A DNA stretch of 64,000 nucleotides, from positions 32,001 through 96,000 of IMG/VR virus record IMGVR_UViG_3300045988_070924; one strand, given 5' to 3'. Shown here piece by piece: positions 48,161 to 57,276 of the stretch. How positions within the stretch are numbered: the stretch's first letter is position 1; each line of letters opens with the position of its first letter. The notes beneath the pieces were generated by a model, which was not told the DNA's origin, searched no databases, and saw only the letters and a list, made by a program, of their open reading frames with translations. The stretch is from a virus. Position numbers and translations under genes: made by a program.

Positions 48161-48628
48161 TTATTTCCTTCCTGTGCTTCCAATCCCACCTCTGTTAATG
48201 GTATTCAATTTTTCTACGTTTATTATTTTTATTTTGTTGTTTAAAAACCATTTAATCTTCTGCCAAAAAGTTGCTCTCTGAGATAATTGAATTCTAAATT
48301 GACAAATTCTATCTCCTTTATGAATAGGCTTCTCTACTAAACAATATGCAGGAAATCTCCACTCATCATCATCTCCATTATAGCTACCATCTATCATTCC
48401 TACAGAATTGGCAAGAAGAACCCCATAACTTTTAAAAGTAGAACTTCTTGGAATTACAAGAGCCTCAAAACCTTTAGGAAGTTCCATTGCTACTCCCAAT
48501 TTAAGTAGTTTGTATTCTCCTGGTTTTAAGTTATATTCTTCTGCTGCTCTGAGGTCTATCCAATCTCCTTTACTAATAATTTCTGGCAGAATTTGGTCTT
48601 TAAATGTTTTTATCTTTATTTTGAGCAT
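48161..48628 (-). CDS. dut: dUTP pyrophosphatase
   Basis: 'ALVIPRSS', 'GMIDGSYNGD' and 'GDRICQ' are dUTPase motifs 2, 3 and 4. Start ATG 48628 (Met-37 of the listed ORF) was chosen because a terminator hairpin occupies 48640-48667. Confidence 0.8.
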   Translation of the reverse strand: MLKIKIKTFKDQILPEIISKGDWIDLRAAEEYNLKPGEYKLLKLGVAMELPKGFEALVIPRSSTFKSYGVLLANSVGMIDGSYNGDDDEWRFPAYCLVEKPIHKGDRICQFRIQLSQRATFWQKIKWFLNNKIKIINVEKLNTINRGGIGSTGRK

Positions 48629-48639
48629 ACCTCTATATA

Positions 48640-48667
48640 TAATAAAAGCCCTCATTTCTGAGGGCTT
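48640..48667 (-). terminator. Terminator-like hairpin (minus strand)
   Basis: Stem aagccctca/tgagggctt (48646-48654/48659-48667). On the minus strand it is followed by TTTATT. Confidence 0.5.
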
Positions 48668-48671
48668 ACTT

Positions 48672-48887
48672 CTACTCTTCTCTTTTGTGAAATCCAATAT
48701 GCCATTTACCACATACAGGACACCTGTAAGCCTCATAATTCTCTAACTTTCTCTCTTCAATAAAGAGTTTAGCTGCTTGCATAGAGACATAAGGAACTTT
48801 AGGCTTCCATCTGTGTTTCTTTCTTGTATAATGACATCTTGGGAATGTCTTCTCCCCAATTACTTTTCTGAGGAATCTTTTTTCCAA
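48672..48887 (-). CDS. Small CxxC protein, uncertain start
   Basis: The listed start is TTG and overlaps nrdG by 28 nt. The first ATG would leave only 36 aa ('...YRCPVCGKWHIGFH'). Confidence 0.3.
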   Translation of the reverse strand: MEKRFLRKVIGEKTFPRCHYTRKKHRWKPKVPYVSMQAAKLFIEERKLENYEAYRCPVCGKWHIGFHKREE

Positions 48888-49348
48888 AATTTGTACGTAA
48901 TATCAATTAACAATGTTGAGGCTATTGGAGTATGAAGAACTTGATAAAATACCTGATTAGTATGTGGATTATCCAAAGGACCCATACTTTCTTTATAAGA
49001 ACCAAGTTTAAGATAGTTTAAATATTTGGTTATCTCCTTGTCTTTAAGATAATCTAAACCAGAATACCAAGCAGTTTTTATCTTTGGATAGTTTTCTTTA
49101 GTCCATTTAATTAGTTGTTTAAGAGATTTAATATCTCTATCTCCTCCCATAAAACAGATGCAGGTTATCCCTTCATTCTTCTCCAAAAGGTCACGTATAG
49201 ACACCTCAGTTAAAGGGTCTCCTACATCTTCTCTTAACCAGGGGGAGTGACAACCTTTACAAGTTCCTGGACAATTAGATATGCTTATAGCAAGAGTTAT
49301 CTCATCAGGAACTTCTGAAAATACTACTTTAGCATCTACATACTTCAT
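48860..49348 (-). CDS. nrdG: Anaerobic ribonucleotide reductase activating protein (radical SAM)
   Basis: 'SNCPGTCKGCHSP' gives the CxxxCxxC cluster motif. Lies directly downstream of nrdD with a 4-nt overlap. Confidence 0.8.
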   Translation of the reverse strand: MKYVDAKVVFSEVPDEITLAISISNCPGTCKGCHSPWLREDVGDPLTEVSIRDLLEKNEGITCICFMGGDRDIKSLKQLIKWTKENYPKIKTAWYSGLDYLKDKEITKYLNYLKLGSYKESMGPLDNPHTNQVFYQVLHTPIASTLLIDITYKFWKKDSSEK

Positions 49349-51519
49349 ATCTCAACCTTTTCACTATAAGTCCTTTTAGCTGCTTCAATCTGCCTGTCTT
49401 TACCAAAAGACTTGATAGGTCTAAGATACCCAATTACCCTTGTATATTGAGTAATGTTATGACTATGACACTTAGGACACTCAGTAATAGGATGCTTAGT
49501 AATATACCCACAATCATCACATTTACTATTAGGAATATTAAATGTGAAGTAGTTAGTACCATTGGCTATTGCAAAGTCTATCAACTTGAGATACTGCTCT
49601 TTACTCAGATGGTCTTCAAGATTGATATGAGCTGCTGAACCACCATCAGTGAATTGATAAGTCTGCCTTCCATGAAGAATAAACTTGTCAAGTACTGAAG
49701 TATCATCATGGGCATCATAGAAATATGAATTATACAGGTTCTCATCATCAGGCACTACATATCCATCTTGTAAATCCCATTGATAATTCTTCCCTCCCAA
49801 TCCTTCAGCAGGTACTACCTCAGAATTAAACAAGAAAGGTCTCTTCTTATCATGAATAGAATGCTTCTTATTTTCCTCTTTGATAGTTCCAAGTATGAGT
49901 TGCAAGAACTCAATGTACTCAGGATTATTACCTACTTCAAGACCCAAGAACCTTGCAGCCTCATTCAAGCCATTAATACCAATAGTGCTGTACAACTTGC
50001 TAATGTGAATATACCCACCATTTGAAGCTGCAAACATTCCCTTATCTTCAAGGTCATACAACATTGTTTTGTAAGCAATATGATATTTATAGACTCTACT
50101 GAGAATATCTGTTAAGTAATTTCTAAGAAATGAAGTGTTTTCTTTCCAGCCACCATTCCTTTTCAACCCATAAGCTTTATCACAATCCTGCACAATCCTA
50201 TTGATATTCAAGGTAATCACATTGCAAGAACCAGTCATAACACCTGTAAGACCTGATGTAGGATTGAAAGTATTCTCTGCAAGTTCATTTCTCAACCTAC
50301 AGCATGAAGCCAAGCTATCAGCACTATCTGATATATAGGTAAAGAAACTATGGCCTTCTGCATACATTTCAGCAGTAAAGTCTTTGTAATCCTTATCTAT
50401 AATATCATTAGTCTTTGGGTCATACACCATAGCCATTGTTTCTACAGGGAATGTAAGAATCTGTTTGGTTCTCAGTTTATTGAAGAACTTCATAAACAGC
50501 TTCTGAAGACAATCTATAGCTTCCCATTGAGGTTTAGTACCATCAGGATAGCTAAACTCTCCAAACAGTGAATTGAAATATGTGTGGTCATAATAAGATA
50601 CATTAGTAAATGGACTCTGATATGACCTATTACCAGCAGGCTGATTTACACCATAAATAAACTGCTTGAATGCCTTATATACAGCATCTCTAATAGTTCT
50701 TTGCTTATTACAAGCAGGAGAAGTAGTTATCTCATCTAATCTATTATACCAATCTTCTCCAAACTCTTTCACAATATAATAATTCAGTGCAATAAAATAT
50801 TCACCTACTGCAACTGCTCCCTTACATTGAGAAGAAAGAAGGAATATAAGATTGGTAATTTGTCCACTGAATGACTGTAAATCATTAGGTGCTGAAGGTG
50901 TGATACCATCAATATTACCTACTCCCTCCATCATAAGAGGATATAGGCTTACTGCCATACAGTATTGCTTCAATACAGGAGTAGTAGCCTCATCATGGGC
51001 ATAAATGATATGATGATTCAAATCCTCCTCATACTTCTTAGCCACCTCAGGAAACATCTCATTTAGTTTATCCTTCATCCTCTGTCTTTGAATGACTCTA
51101 TTAGTGGTTTTATACACCTCTCCTTCAAGATTAGCCACATTCTTCATAGTTACATTTGCATTAGCATCTGTCTCTGATGAAGTAGCTGCATTATCATTAG
51201 ACTGACTATACTTATTCATATAATCAATCCTCTCCCTAATGAATCTTGCCTGCTTATGCTTCTCTCTATATAGAATGAAAGATTTTGCTGCCTGAAAATA
51301 TTTATTGTCCATAAGGTATTTTTCAACCCTATTCTGTATCTCCTCTACTCCTACAGGATTAGGGAGATTGACTTCAATTGTCTTAATAAAAGACTCTATA
51401 AGTCCTGGTGGCAGAGTCTGTCCTACTGATTCAAATGCAGCAGCAACTGCATTGACAATCTTTTCTTCATCAAATTCTGCAAGAGTGCCATTCCTCTTAA
51501 CTACTTTATACTCATTCAT
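49345..51519 (-). CDS. nrdD: Anaerobic ribonucleoside-triphosphate reductase (class III)
   Basis: N-terminal ATP-cone 'VVKRNGTLAEFDEEKI'. C-terminal zinc ribbon 'CDDCGY...CPKCHS'. Glycyl-radical motif 'TRVIGYLRP'. Confidence 0.9.
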   Translation of the reverse strand: MNEYKVVKRNGTLAEFDEEKIVNAVAAAFESVGQTLPPGLIESFIKTIEVNLPNPVGVEEIQNRVEKYLMDNKYFQAAKSFILYREKHKQARFIRERIDYMNKYSQSNDNAATSSETDANANVTMKNVANLEGEVYKTTNRVIQRQRMKDKLNEMFPEVAKKYEEDLNHHIIYAHDEATTPVLKQYCMAVSLYPLMMEGVGNIDGITPSAPNDLQSFSGQITNLIFLLSSQCKGAVAVGEYFIALNYYIVKEFGEDWYNRLDEITTSPACNKQRTIRDAVYKAFKQFIYGVNQPAGNRSYQSPFTNVSYYDHTYFNSLFGEFSYPDGTKPQWEAIDCLQKLFMKFFNKLRTKQILTFPVETMAMVYDPKTNDIIDKDYKDFTAEMYAEGHSFFTYISDSADSLASCCRLRNELAENTFNPTSGLTGVMTGSCNVITLNINRIVQDCDKAYGLKRNGGWKENTSFLRNYLTDILSRVYKYHIAYKTMLYDLEDKGMFAASNGGYIHISKLYSTIGINGLNEAARFLGLEVGNNPEYIEFLQLILGTIKEENKKHSIHDKKRPFLFNSEVVPAEGLGGKNYQWDLQDGYVVPDDENLYNSYFYDAHDDTSVLDKFILHGRQTYQFTDGGSAAHINLEDHLSKEQYLKLIDFAIANGTNYFTFNIPNSKCDDCGYITKHPITECPKCHSHNITQYTRVIGYLRPIKSFGKDRQIEAAKRTYSEKVEI

Positions 51520-52543
51520 TCTCCAACCACTTGCTTATATTGTTGATTAAATTCATGTTAATATCTATTGGAACTTCATAGTCCTTGGTAAGGTAAGTAT
51601 TAAGTTCTTTTGCTATACCTCTCCAGTTCCTGAGTTTATGCTCCCCAAGTTTAAGGTCAGTAATAGTCTGAGTCTGCGGAAATTCCCACACAAGAGGTTT
51701 TCTTGTCCTGTTACTTATGACAATAAACCTGTAATCTGCCAGTTTGAAGTCCTTGAAGTACTCATCTTCATCCATAGCCTGCCTGATAAGATACCAGTAC
51801 AGTTGAGCTTGAATCCAATATCCCCATTCCATGAAAGACTTGTAGAATCTCCATTCAGGTTTGAAAGAAGTCTTAAGGTCACAAGGGTATACTATCTTCT
51901 TCTCATGGTCTACTATAATAAGGTCAGCCATACATCTAAGGTTTATACCCTCATAACTCCCTTTGAACTTCAACTGATATAGTCTTTCAATATTCTTGTT
52001 AAAAGGATTGTCTGCTTCAAAATACCACTTGGTGCTTTCAGACTTTCTCAATGTCTCCACACAGTCCAAAGCATCCTGATACAATTTCTGTGATATTACT
52101 GTCTTTCCATCAGCAAGTGTAAGTAAGTCATAATATTCCCTACCAGCTTCTCTTATTACTTTAATTCTGGTTTCTGTTCTCCAATTAGGCTGATAATTAT
52201 TGGCCAATAGATACTCTAAAATAACAGCATCCATTATCTTATCCCAAGACTCCCCAGGTTTAGCAGCATGGAATATGCCTTCAACAATTTCCTTTTGTTT
52301 ATCTGGAAGCTCAGGAAAATCTGCTACAAAGAATCTTTCTTCAAATTCCTCCTTGGTTCCTGTAAGTAGAGTATCAACTACACTACCAAAAAGAAGTGAA
52401 GGACTTTCTGTCTTATCAAACAGATGAGCAAGATTGTCAAAACCCTCTCTATTGAATCTTGAGAGGGTTGAATAAGACAATGCTGGGTCAGCTCTATATT
52501 GGTCTTCTGTTACATCCCATGATATATCTCTCAATGATTTCAT
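51512..52543 (-). CDS. PD-(D/E)XK (RecB/Cas4-like) nuclease
   Basis: 'CMADLIIVDHEKKIVYPCDLKTS' gives D...D-x-K, and 'QAQLYWY' gives QxxxY. The track start 52558 is TTG; ATG 52543 overlaps the upstream stop (TAATG). Confidence 0.6.
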   Translation of the reverse strand: MKSLRDISWDVTEDQYRADPALSYSTLSRFNREGFDNLAHLFDKTESPSLLFGSVVDTLLTGTKEEFEERFFVADFPELPDKQKEIVEGIFHAAKPGESWDKIMDAVILEYLLANNYQPNWRTETRIKVIREAGREYYDLLTLADGKTVISQKLYQDALDCVETLRKSESTKWYFEADNPFNKNIERLYQLKFKGSYEGINLRCMADLIIVDHEKKIVYPCDLKTSFKPEWRFYKSFMEWGYWIQAQLYWYLIRQAMDEDEYFKDFKLADYRFIVISNRTRKPLVWEFPQTQTITDLKLGEHKLRNWRGIAKELNTYLTKDYEVPIDINMNLINNISKWLENE

Positions 52544-52815
52544 TATTCTCCTTCCCAAAAATCTGTTTCAACTTCATCATCTTCAAGACCTAACAAAAGC
52601 AGATAGGCGTCTATCTCAGTTTTAAGAAGTCTCAGATTGTCTATCTGCTCCTCAAGGGATTCATCCTTCTTCTTAAGAAGTATCCTTATATCAGACTTGA
52701 CTAAATCTCTGAGGGCTTCAAAATCCCTTTCCTTAATGAACTTATTTGCATAAGGAATGTCTTTCTCTGGTACACAGGAAAGCAACTGTTTGATTCTTTG
52801 GACTGGTGTACTCAT
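52543..52815 (-). CDS. Hypothetical helical protein
   Basis: 90-aa ORF, translationally coupled on both sides. Confidence 0.3.
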   Translation of the reverse strand: MSTPVQRIKQLLSCVPEKDIPYANKFIKERDFEALRDLVKSDIRILLKKKDESLEEQIDNLRLLKTEIDAYLLLLGLEDDEVETDFWEGE

Positions 52816-53231
52816 CTTGAAAACTTCTTTATTTCTGCTATTATAAATTCCATATCTCTTTTGGTATGAACCTCTGCAAACACATAGTGATTCTCTGAAC
52901 TATCTATATGATTGATAAGCATTTTCCTTTTGAGAGGGTATCTGTCAGTAATAAAACCTTTTACTTCTACTATAAAGAACCAGTTTTTATCTGGAACCTT
53001 CACAACAAAGTCAGGTGTATAGGTAATAGCTCTAATCTTGTCTTCCCTATACTTTGTACCTTCATACCATCCCATAGGATAGAAGCCCTCTTGAAGGACT
53101 ATAGGGTCTGGTTCATATTCAAACCAGAGCCCTGACTCCTTCAATAGTTCATACATCTTAGCTTCAGCCTTACTTCTGAACTTTATATTGTCCCTAAGTA
53201 CAGCTGTAGCATTGACTACTTTCTTATTCAT
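52812..53231 (-). CDS. DUF1064-like PD-(D/E)XK endonuclease (possible Holliday-junction resolvase)
   Basis: 'KFRSKAEAKMYELL', then 'YTPDFVV', then 'FIVEVKG'. This is the F-x-S-K-x-E...Y / DF / E-x-K-G arrangement. Confidence 0.5.
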   Translation of the reverse strand: MNKKVVNATAVLRDNIKFRSKAEAKMYELLKESGLWFEYEPDPIVLQEGFYPMGWYEGTKYREDKIRAITYTPDFVVKVPDKNWFFIVEVKGFITDRYPLKRKMLINHIDSSENHYVFAEVHTKRDMEFIIAEIKKFSR

Positions 53232-53781
53232 TAGGCCACAGTTCCTTAATGAAAGGTCTCAGAATCTTAGTGGCAATCTTGATGTCATCAATACTTCTGA
53301 ATGCAGCAAAGTTTCTAAAGTTCTTGATTCTACCTTTAGGAACTTCACATACTCTTCCATTAGTCATGTCAATAGTGAAATACTTGTCAACATCAGCATT
53401 GTTGATGTGGTCAGGGTATTTCCTGTCTATCAGAACTGCAAGAGCTCTAAGCACAACTGAGAACCCTGCATAGCCAGGCATTGCAGTAAGAAACTCTTTT
53501 GCTGTATCCTTTGCATGAGGAGTACCCATAAGCCATGTACTTATAAGAGCAATTATCTCATCAGGGGTAGGAACCACAGGTATTGTCTCCTCTCTGTCAG
53601 GAAATTTCTCTTCCTTGAGCATTCCTTTCATTACAAGTATTCTTGCCTGTGAGGAAGTAAGCTTGTCACTCCTGAATATATAGGTTGTCTTCACTCCCTT
53701 CTTCTTGAGAGTATCAGTAATACTAAGAGGCTCTCCAAGAGAAACCTTCTTTCCTTCTTTAGTTATAAATTTATCTCCCAT
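53224..53781 (-). CDS. Hypothetical protein
   Basis: 185-aa ORF with ATG start. Confidence 0.3.
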   Translation of the reverse strand: MGDKFITKEGKKVSLGEPLSITDTLKKKGVKTTYIFRSDKLTSSQARILVMKGMLKEEKFPDREETIPVVPTPDEIIALISTWLMGTPHAKDTAKEFLTAMPGYAGFSVVLRALAVLIDRKYPDHINNADVDKYFTIDMTNGRVCEVPKGRIKNFRNFAAFRSIDDIKIATKILRPFIKELWPNE

Positions 53782-53796
53782 AATATAAATAAAATG

Positions 53797-54441
53797 TTAA
53801 ATCCAACGTATCTTCTTCTTACCTTTCTTTGCAAGAATTTCATTTATTGCATTGAAAATAAGAGGAAATTTTTCTCCAGTTCTTGCACTATATGCAGGGT
53901 GAGGTATCTCAAGAACAGTACTCTCCTTGTTGATATAAGGTCTGAATGTGCTTGCTTGTGAACCAAACAGAACAAATATTATATCTGGATTGTACAGAGA
54001 CAGGTTCCTCAGAAGTTTTGATATGAAAGGTCTCCATATCATAACATGAGAACCTATCTTGTTCATCTCTACAGTAAGTGCAGAGTTAATCATAAGTATC
54101 CCCTGTTCTGCCCAGGATATTAATGAAGGGTCAAAGTTAGAATCTTTTTCTGAAATATGCAAGTCTTCAAACAAAGAATTTTTGATAACCTTCAATGAAG
54201 GGGATAGTTGTTCAGGCAAAGTTTCTGACTTATTTGCAAACAGTATACCAGTTGCAACACCTTTCTGAGGATATGGGTCTTGTCCAAGAAATACTACCCT
54301 ACAGTTATCAGGACTACAGTATGAGAATGCCTTGAAAATGTCATTCTTATCAGGACAAAAAGGTCTTCCAGATTTCATGACCTTAGACCAAGGAACAGCC
54401 ATACTATCTGCTGATATTATATTATCCCAAGTCATAGGCAT
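53797..54441 (-). CDS. ung: Uracil-DNA glycosylase (family-1-like)
   Basis: 'FLGQDPYPQKGVATGILFA' corresponds to motif A GQDPYH. 'FVLFGSQA' and 'IPHPAYSA' correspond to the motif B HPSPLS region. Confidence 0.75.
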   Translation of the reverse strand: MPMTWDNIISADSMAVPWSKVMKSGRPFCPDKNDIFKAFSYCSPDNCRVVFLGQDPYPQKGVATGILFANKSETLPEQLSPSLKVIKNSLFEDLHISEKDSNFDPSLISWAEQGILMINSALTVEMNKIGSHVMIWRPFISKLLRNLSLYNPDIIFVLFGSQASTFRPYINKESTVLEIPHPAYSARTGEKFPLIFNAINEILAKKGKKKIRWI

Positions 54442-55193
54442 CCTATTATATCCTGAACAATATCCTCTCTTGACAAGAACTTTTGCATATCTTCCTTGAA
54501 GGTCTGAGGACTGCCTACTTTTGCAGGTCTTTTAATCCACTCTGAAAGGTCCTCAATGATAACTTTAGGAGTTGTAGGCTTACCTAATACTCTGCTCCCT
54601 ATAAATTTAAAACTCTTTGATACAAGTGAAGGTATAGCCTTGGAGATTATACTCTTCTTGAGCATATCATCCTTAAGAAACACCTGAGGGGACACTCTCA
54701 CATTAAGGGCAGAAATGGTTGCCTTCATTTTTGTTGGTCTGTAAGGAATAGTTACAGGGGTCATGCCTGTAACAGTAACAGTATACAGGACAAGAGGTTT
54801 CATATGTTTGTCAAATATCATCCCATTTCCTCCATAATAAACCTCTTCTTTATCTGTCATAACCTTAGAGAGTCTTGCACCATATGCTGGAGTTTCTCTG
54901 AAGAAATATTTTATGATAGCATAAGAAGTGTTCCTCATGATAATATTATCATAATATAGAGGCATAGCAATCTGCTCCCACTTTATCTTTGGCTGTGCCA
55001 AGATAGTCTCAAGATAAGGAAGCATAGCCATAGGTACTTCAAATGAACCAGTATGATTCACATCTGTACATATGTATCCATTCAGTATATCATGCTTTTC
55101 AAGACAGGAATAATTTGTAACAAATGCACCTGTATCTGCATATATAGTATTGAAAGGATAAGTGATGGTGTCATTGTAAGATGTTGAAGTCAT
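54432..55193 (-). CDS. Hypothetical protein, last gene of the E1/JAB cassette
   Basis: The track start 55199 is TTG. ATG 55193 lies 2 nt after the E1 stop. The 3' end overlaps ung by 10 nt. No motif recognised. Confidence 0.3.
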   Translation of the reverse strand: MTSTSYNDTITYPFNTIYADTGAFVTNYSCLEKHDILNGYICTDVNHTGSFEVPMAMLPYLETILAQPKIKWEQIAMPLYYDNIIMRNTSYAIIKYFFRETPAYGARLSKVMTDKEEVYYGGNGMIFDKHMKPLVLYTVTVTGMTPVTIPYRPTKMKATISALNVRVSPQVFLKDDMLKKSIISKAIPSLVSKSFKFIGSRVLGKPTTPKVIIEDLSEWIKRPAKVGSPQTFKEDMQKFLSREDIVQDIIGCL

Positions 55194-55195
55194 AA

Positions 55196-56143
55196 TCAAG
55201 CCTCCGTAGTAAACATCATCAAAGAAGCATCATATGATGTAAGGAATGGAAGACTCCTATCTATCATAGGCTTTTCATCACCCTCAAGGTCATTGGCACA
55301 GAAATTTACAAAGAGGTTAGTCATGATAGAACCAATCATATTAGCCATGAAAGTTGTCTGCTTATAACTACAGAGTGTGGCATCAGCCTCATCATCTGAG
55401 AACAGCCAGTCTCTCTCATACCTCTCCATATCATAACTGGCATCACCCTGTATACACAGAACCTGGAACTCCTCTGCTGCAAGCCTTCCATCTATGAATA
55501 GGCAGTGCTTTCTTAGTCCTTCAGGTATGCTCATTACATGGTGTTTCCATACATTGTAGAATATCCTTCTGGCAGTCATATTGTCAAATCCACAAATCAT
55601 GATGTCAGTAGGAGGGGAATCTTCTGTGAATCTTTCATTGACAGAGGTTATGGAATAATAATTACTGTAATCATGCATCATGTTAGTCACGGCTTGAGCC
55701 TTAGTCTTGTTGAGGTCAAGAACACTGTAGAACTGCCCCGACATATTTGCCATTTCTACAGTATCATCATCATATATTCTTATGTGACTAGGCTTCATTC
55801 TTGAAAGAAGGAAAGCCACATAAGAACCTATACCCCCTAAACCTGCAAGAGTGATTATCTTCTCCTGCACTTTATTGTACCACACTGCACTACTGAACCT
55901 TGAAGTACTCGTGTCAATGGTAATAGTCCCAGAGTTGGTAGAAATCCTATCATTAGGCAGCTCAGGAACAGTAATTTCACTGCTTATACTTGGGTACTCT
56001 GGGTATACAGCCTGTTCTTCTATCTCTTCAGAAGTATTCTCTTCAGGAACAGCGGTCTCAATATGCCCCTCATTGAGCTGGTTTATAAAATCACTAACTG
56101 CTTCAGCCAGTCTAACTGACGTACTTTGTGTATCCTGTGTCAT
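55196..56143 (-). CDS. ThiF/MoeB/E1-like adenylyltransferase-fold protein
   Basis: 'KIITLAGLGGIGSYVAFLL' is a GxGGxG Rossmann loop. 'IRIYDDDTVEMANMSGQ' fits the D-x-D-x-V-x3-N-[LM]-x-x-Q strand. 'DIMICGFDNMTAR' and 'CLFIDGR' also fit. An ~85-aa acidic N-terminal extension is present. Confidence 0.75.
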   Translation of the reverse strand: MTQDTQSTSVRLAEAVSDFINQLNEGHIETAVPEENTSEEIEEQAVYPEYPSISSEITVPELPNDRISTNSGTITIDTSTSRFSSAVWYNKVQEKIITLAGLGGIGSYVAFLLSRMKPSHIRIYDDDTVEMANMSGQFYSVLDLNKTKAQAVTNMMHDYSNYYSITSVNERFTEDSPPTDIMICGFDNMTARRIFYNVWKHHVMSIPEGLRKHCLFIDGRLAAEEFQVLCIQGDASYDMERYERDWLFSDDEADATLCSYKQTTFMANMIGSIMTNLFVNFCANDLEGDEKPMIDRSLPFLTSYDASLMMFTTEA

Positions 56144-57276
56144 GCTATTTCCTCCTCAAGTCTAAACTTGATAGCATCAAGTATCTTGTTATCAGGCAAT
56201 TGCTCACACATACTAAGCAATCTAGCTGCCACTGCCTTGGCTATCATATCAGAATCCTCATTTTCAACTTCCTTCCAGTTAGTATACCATGTAAGGAACT
56301 CTATATAGTGGTCAAGCCAGTTCTCAAGGTCCTGAGGGTCAGGGAACCTTCTGAGGAAAGCCCTCTCCATTACAGATGAACACCACTTCTCCATATCAAA
56401 CTTGTCACTAAAACCAGCTGTGATAGAACCAGTTACTAACTGTACAAGCAGTCTTTGAGCCAACTCTTGAGGAACTTCAATATTGACCCAACTCCCATCT
56501 GTTTCTGAAGGAGATGTTTCTTCAGCAGGGAACAATGTTGGCTGTATTGATATTCTCTGTGAGGGAAACTTTCCAGTAAATGATACTCCCTCTTCTCTCT
56601 CAGAGGATACGTCTTCCTCCTTGGTAGAAGGGAAGTTAGTTCTTCTTACAGTAGTTTTCTCTGCTTCTATTTCTTTGATTCTCTGAGTAACTTCATCCCT
56701 GATAGATGTATCTTCCTGTACATCTATCTCAAGAGGAAATGCTTCAAGGTATTCATTGATAGTAGATTCCACTTCCTCAGACTTACTTTCTCCACCAAAG
56801 GTAGGATAGGTTATCTTAGAGGTCTGAAGACTCACTCTTCTGGTAATCTTGGCAGTATATACACCTACATTATTCACTATAAGAGAGAGGAAATGAGGCA
56901 TATCCATACCTTCCTCTATAAGAGTGTTTCTGTCTGTTCCACTGAAGAATGTTGCCATTTGGTTATGTGAGTGGATAAGTCCCGTATAGCAGTCAAGCAA
57001 GTCATTCATTGCCTGATAGGTAACAATATCAGCACTATGGTCAAACTCTGTATAGGTAGCAGAACCTATATCAGATACATAAATGTCCTTACAAGTAATA
57101 ACCAAAGAATTATCCTCAAAAGAACCTTCTACTGTGTAGAACAGTGTTCCAGACCATTCTTTGGTAGGGAAATGATAACACCATTCCCTTATCTTTCTCT
57201 GAACTAAATCAGGTATTATGAGTTTATACGTAGAACGTCTGTCTATCAAGCTCAGACTCTTCTTCTTTTCTTCCAT
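56140..57276 (-). CDS. JAB/MPN+ (JAMM) metalloprotease-domain protein with long C-terminal extension
   Basis: 'TKEWSGTLFY' carries the upstream Glu. 'HSHNQMATFFSGTD' is exactly HxHx7Sx2D. Has an ATGA overlap with the E1-like gene. Confidence 0.85.
   Translation of the reverse strand: MEEKKKSLSLIDRRSTYKLIIPDLVQRKIREWCYHFPTKEWSGTLFYTVEGSFEDNSLVITCKDIYVSDIGSATYTEFDHSADIVTYQAMNDLLDCYTGLIHSHNQMATFFSGTDRNTLIEEGMDMPHFLSLIVNNVGVYTAKITRRVSLQTSKITYPTFGGESKSEEVESTINEYLEAFPLEIDVQEDTSIRDEVTQRIKEIEAEKTTVRRTNFPSTKEEDVSSEREEGVSFTGKFPSQRISIQPTLFPAEETSPSETDGSWVNIEVPQELAQRLLVQLVTGSITAGFSDKFDMEKWCSSVMERAFLRRFPDPQDLENWLDHYIEFLTWYTNWKEVENEDSDMIAKAVAARLLSMCEQLPDNKILDAIKFRLEEEIA

Noticed and set aside
57224-57276. 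The 53-nt overlap between the 389-aa gene and the JAB gene as a programmed frameshift site.
   Set aside because: There is no slippery heptamer or downstream structure. The JAB ORF has a normal ATG at 57276, and simple overlapping genes explain it.
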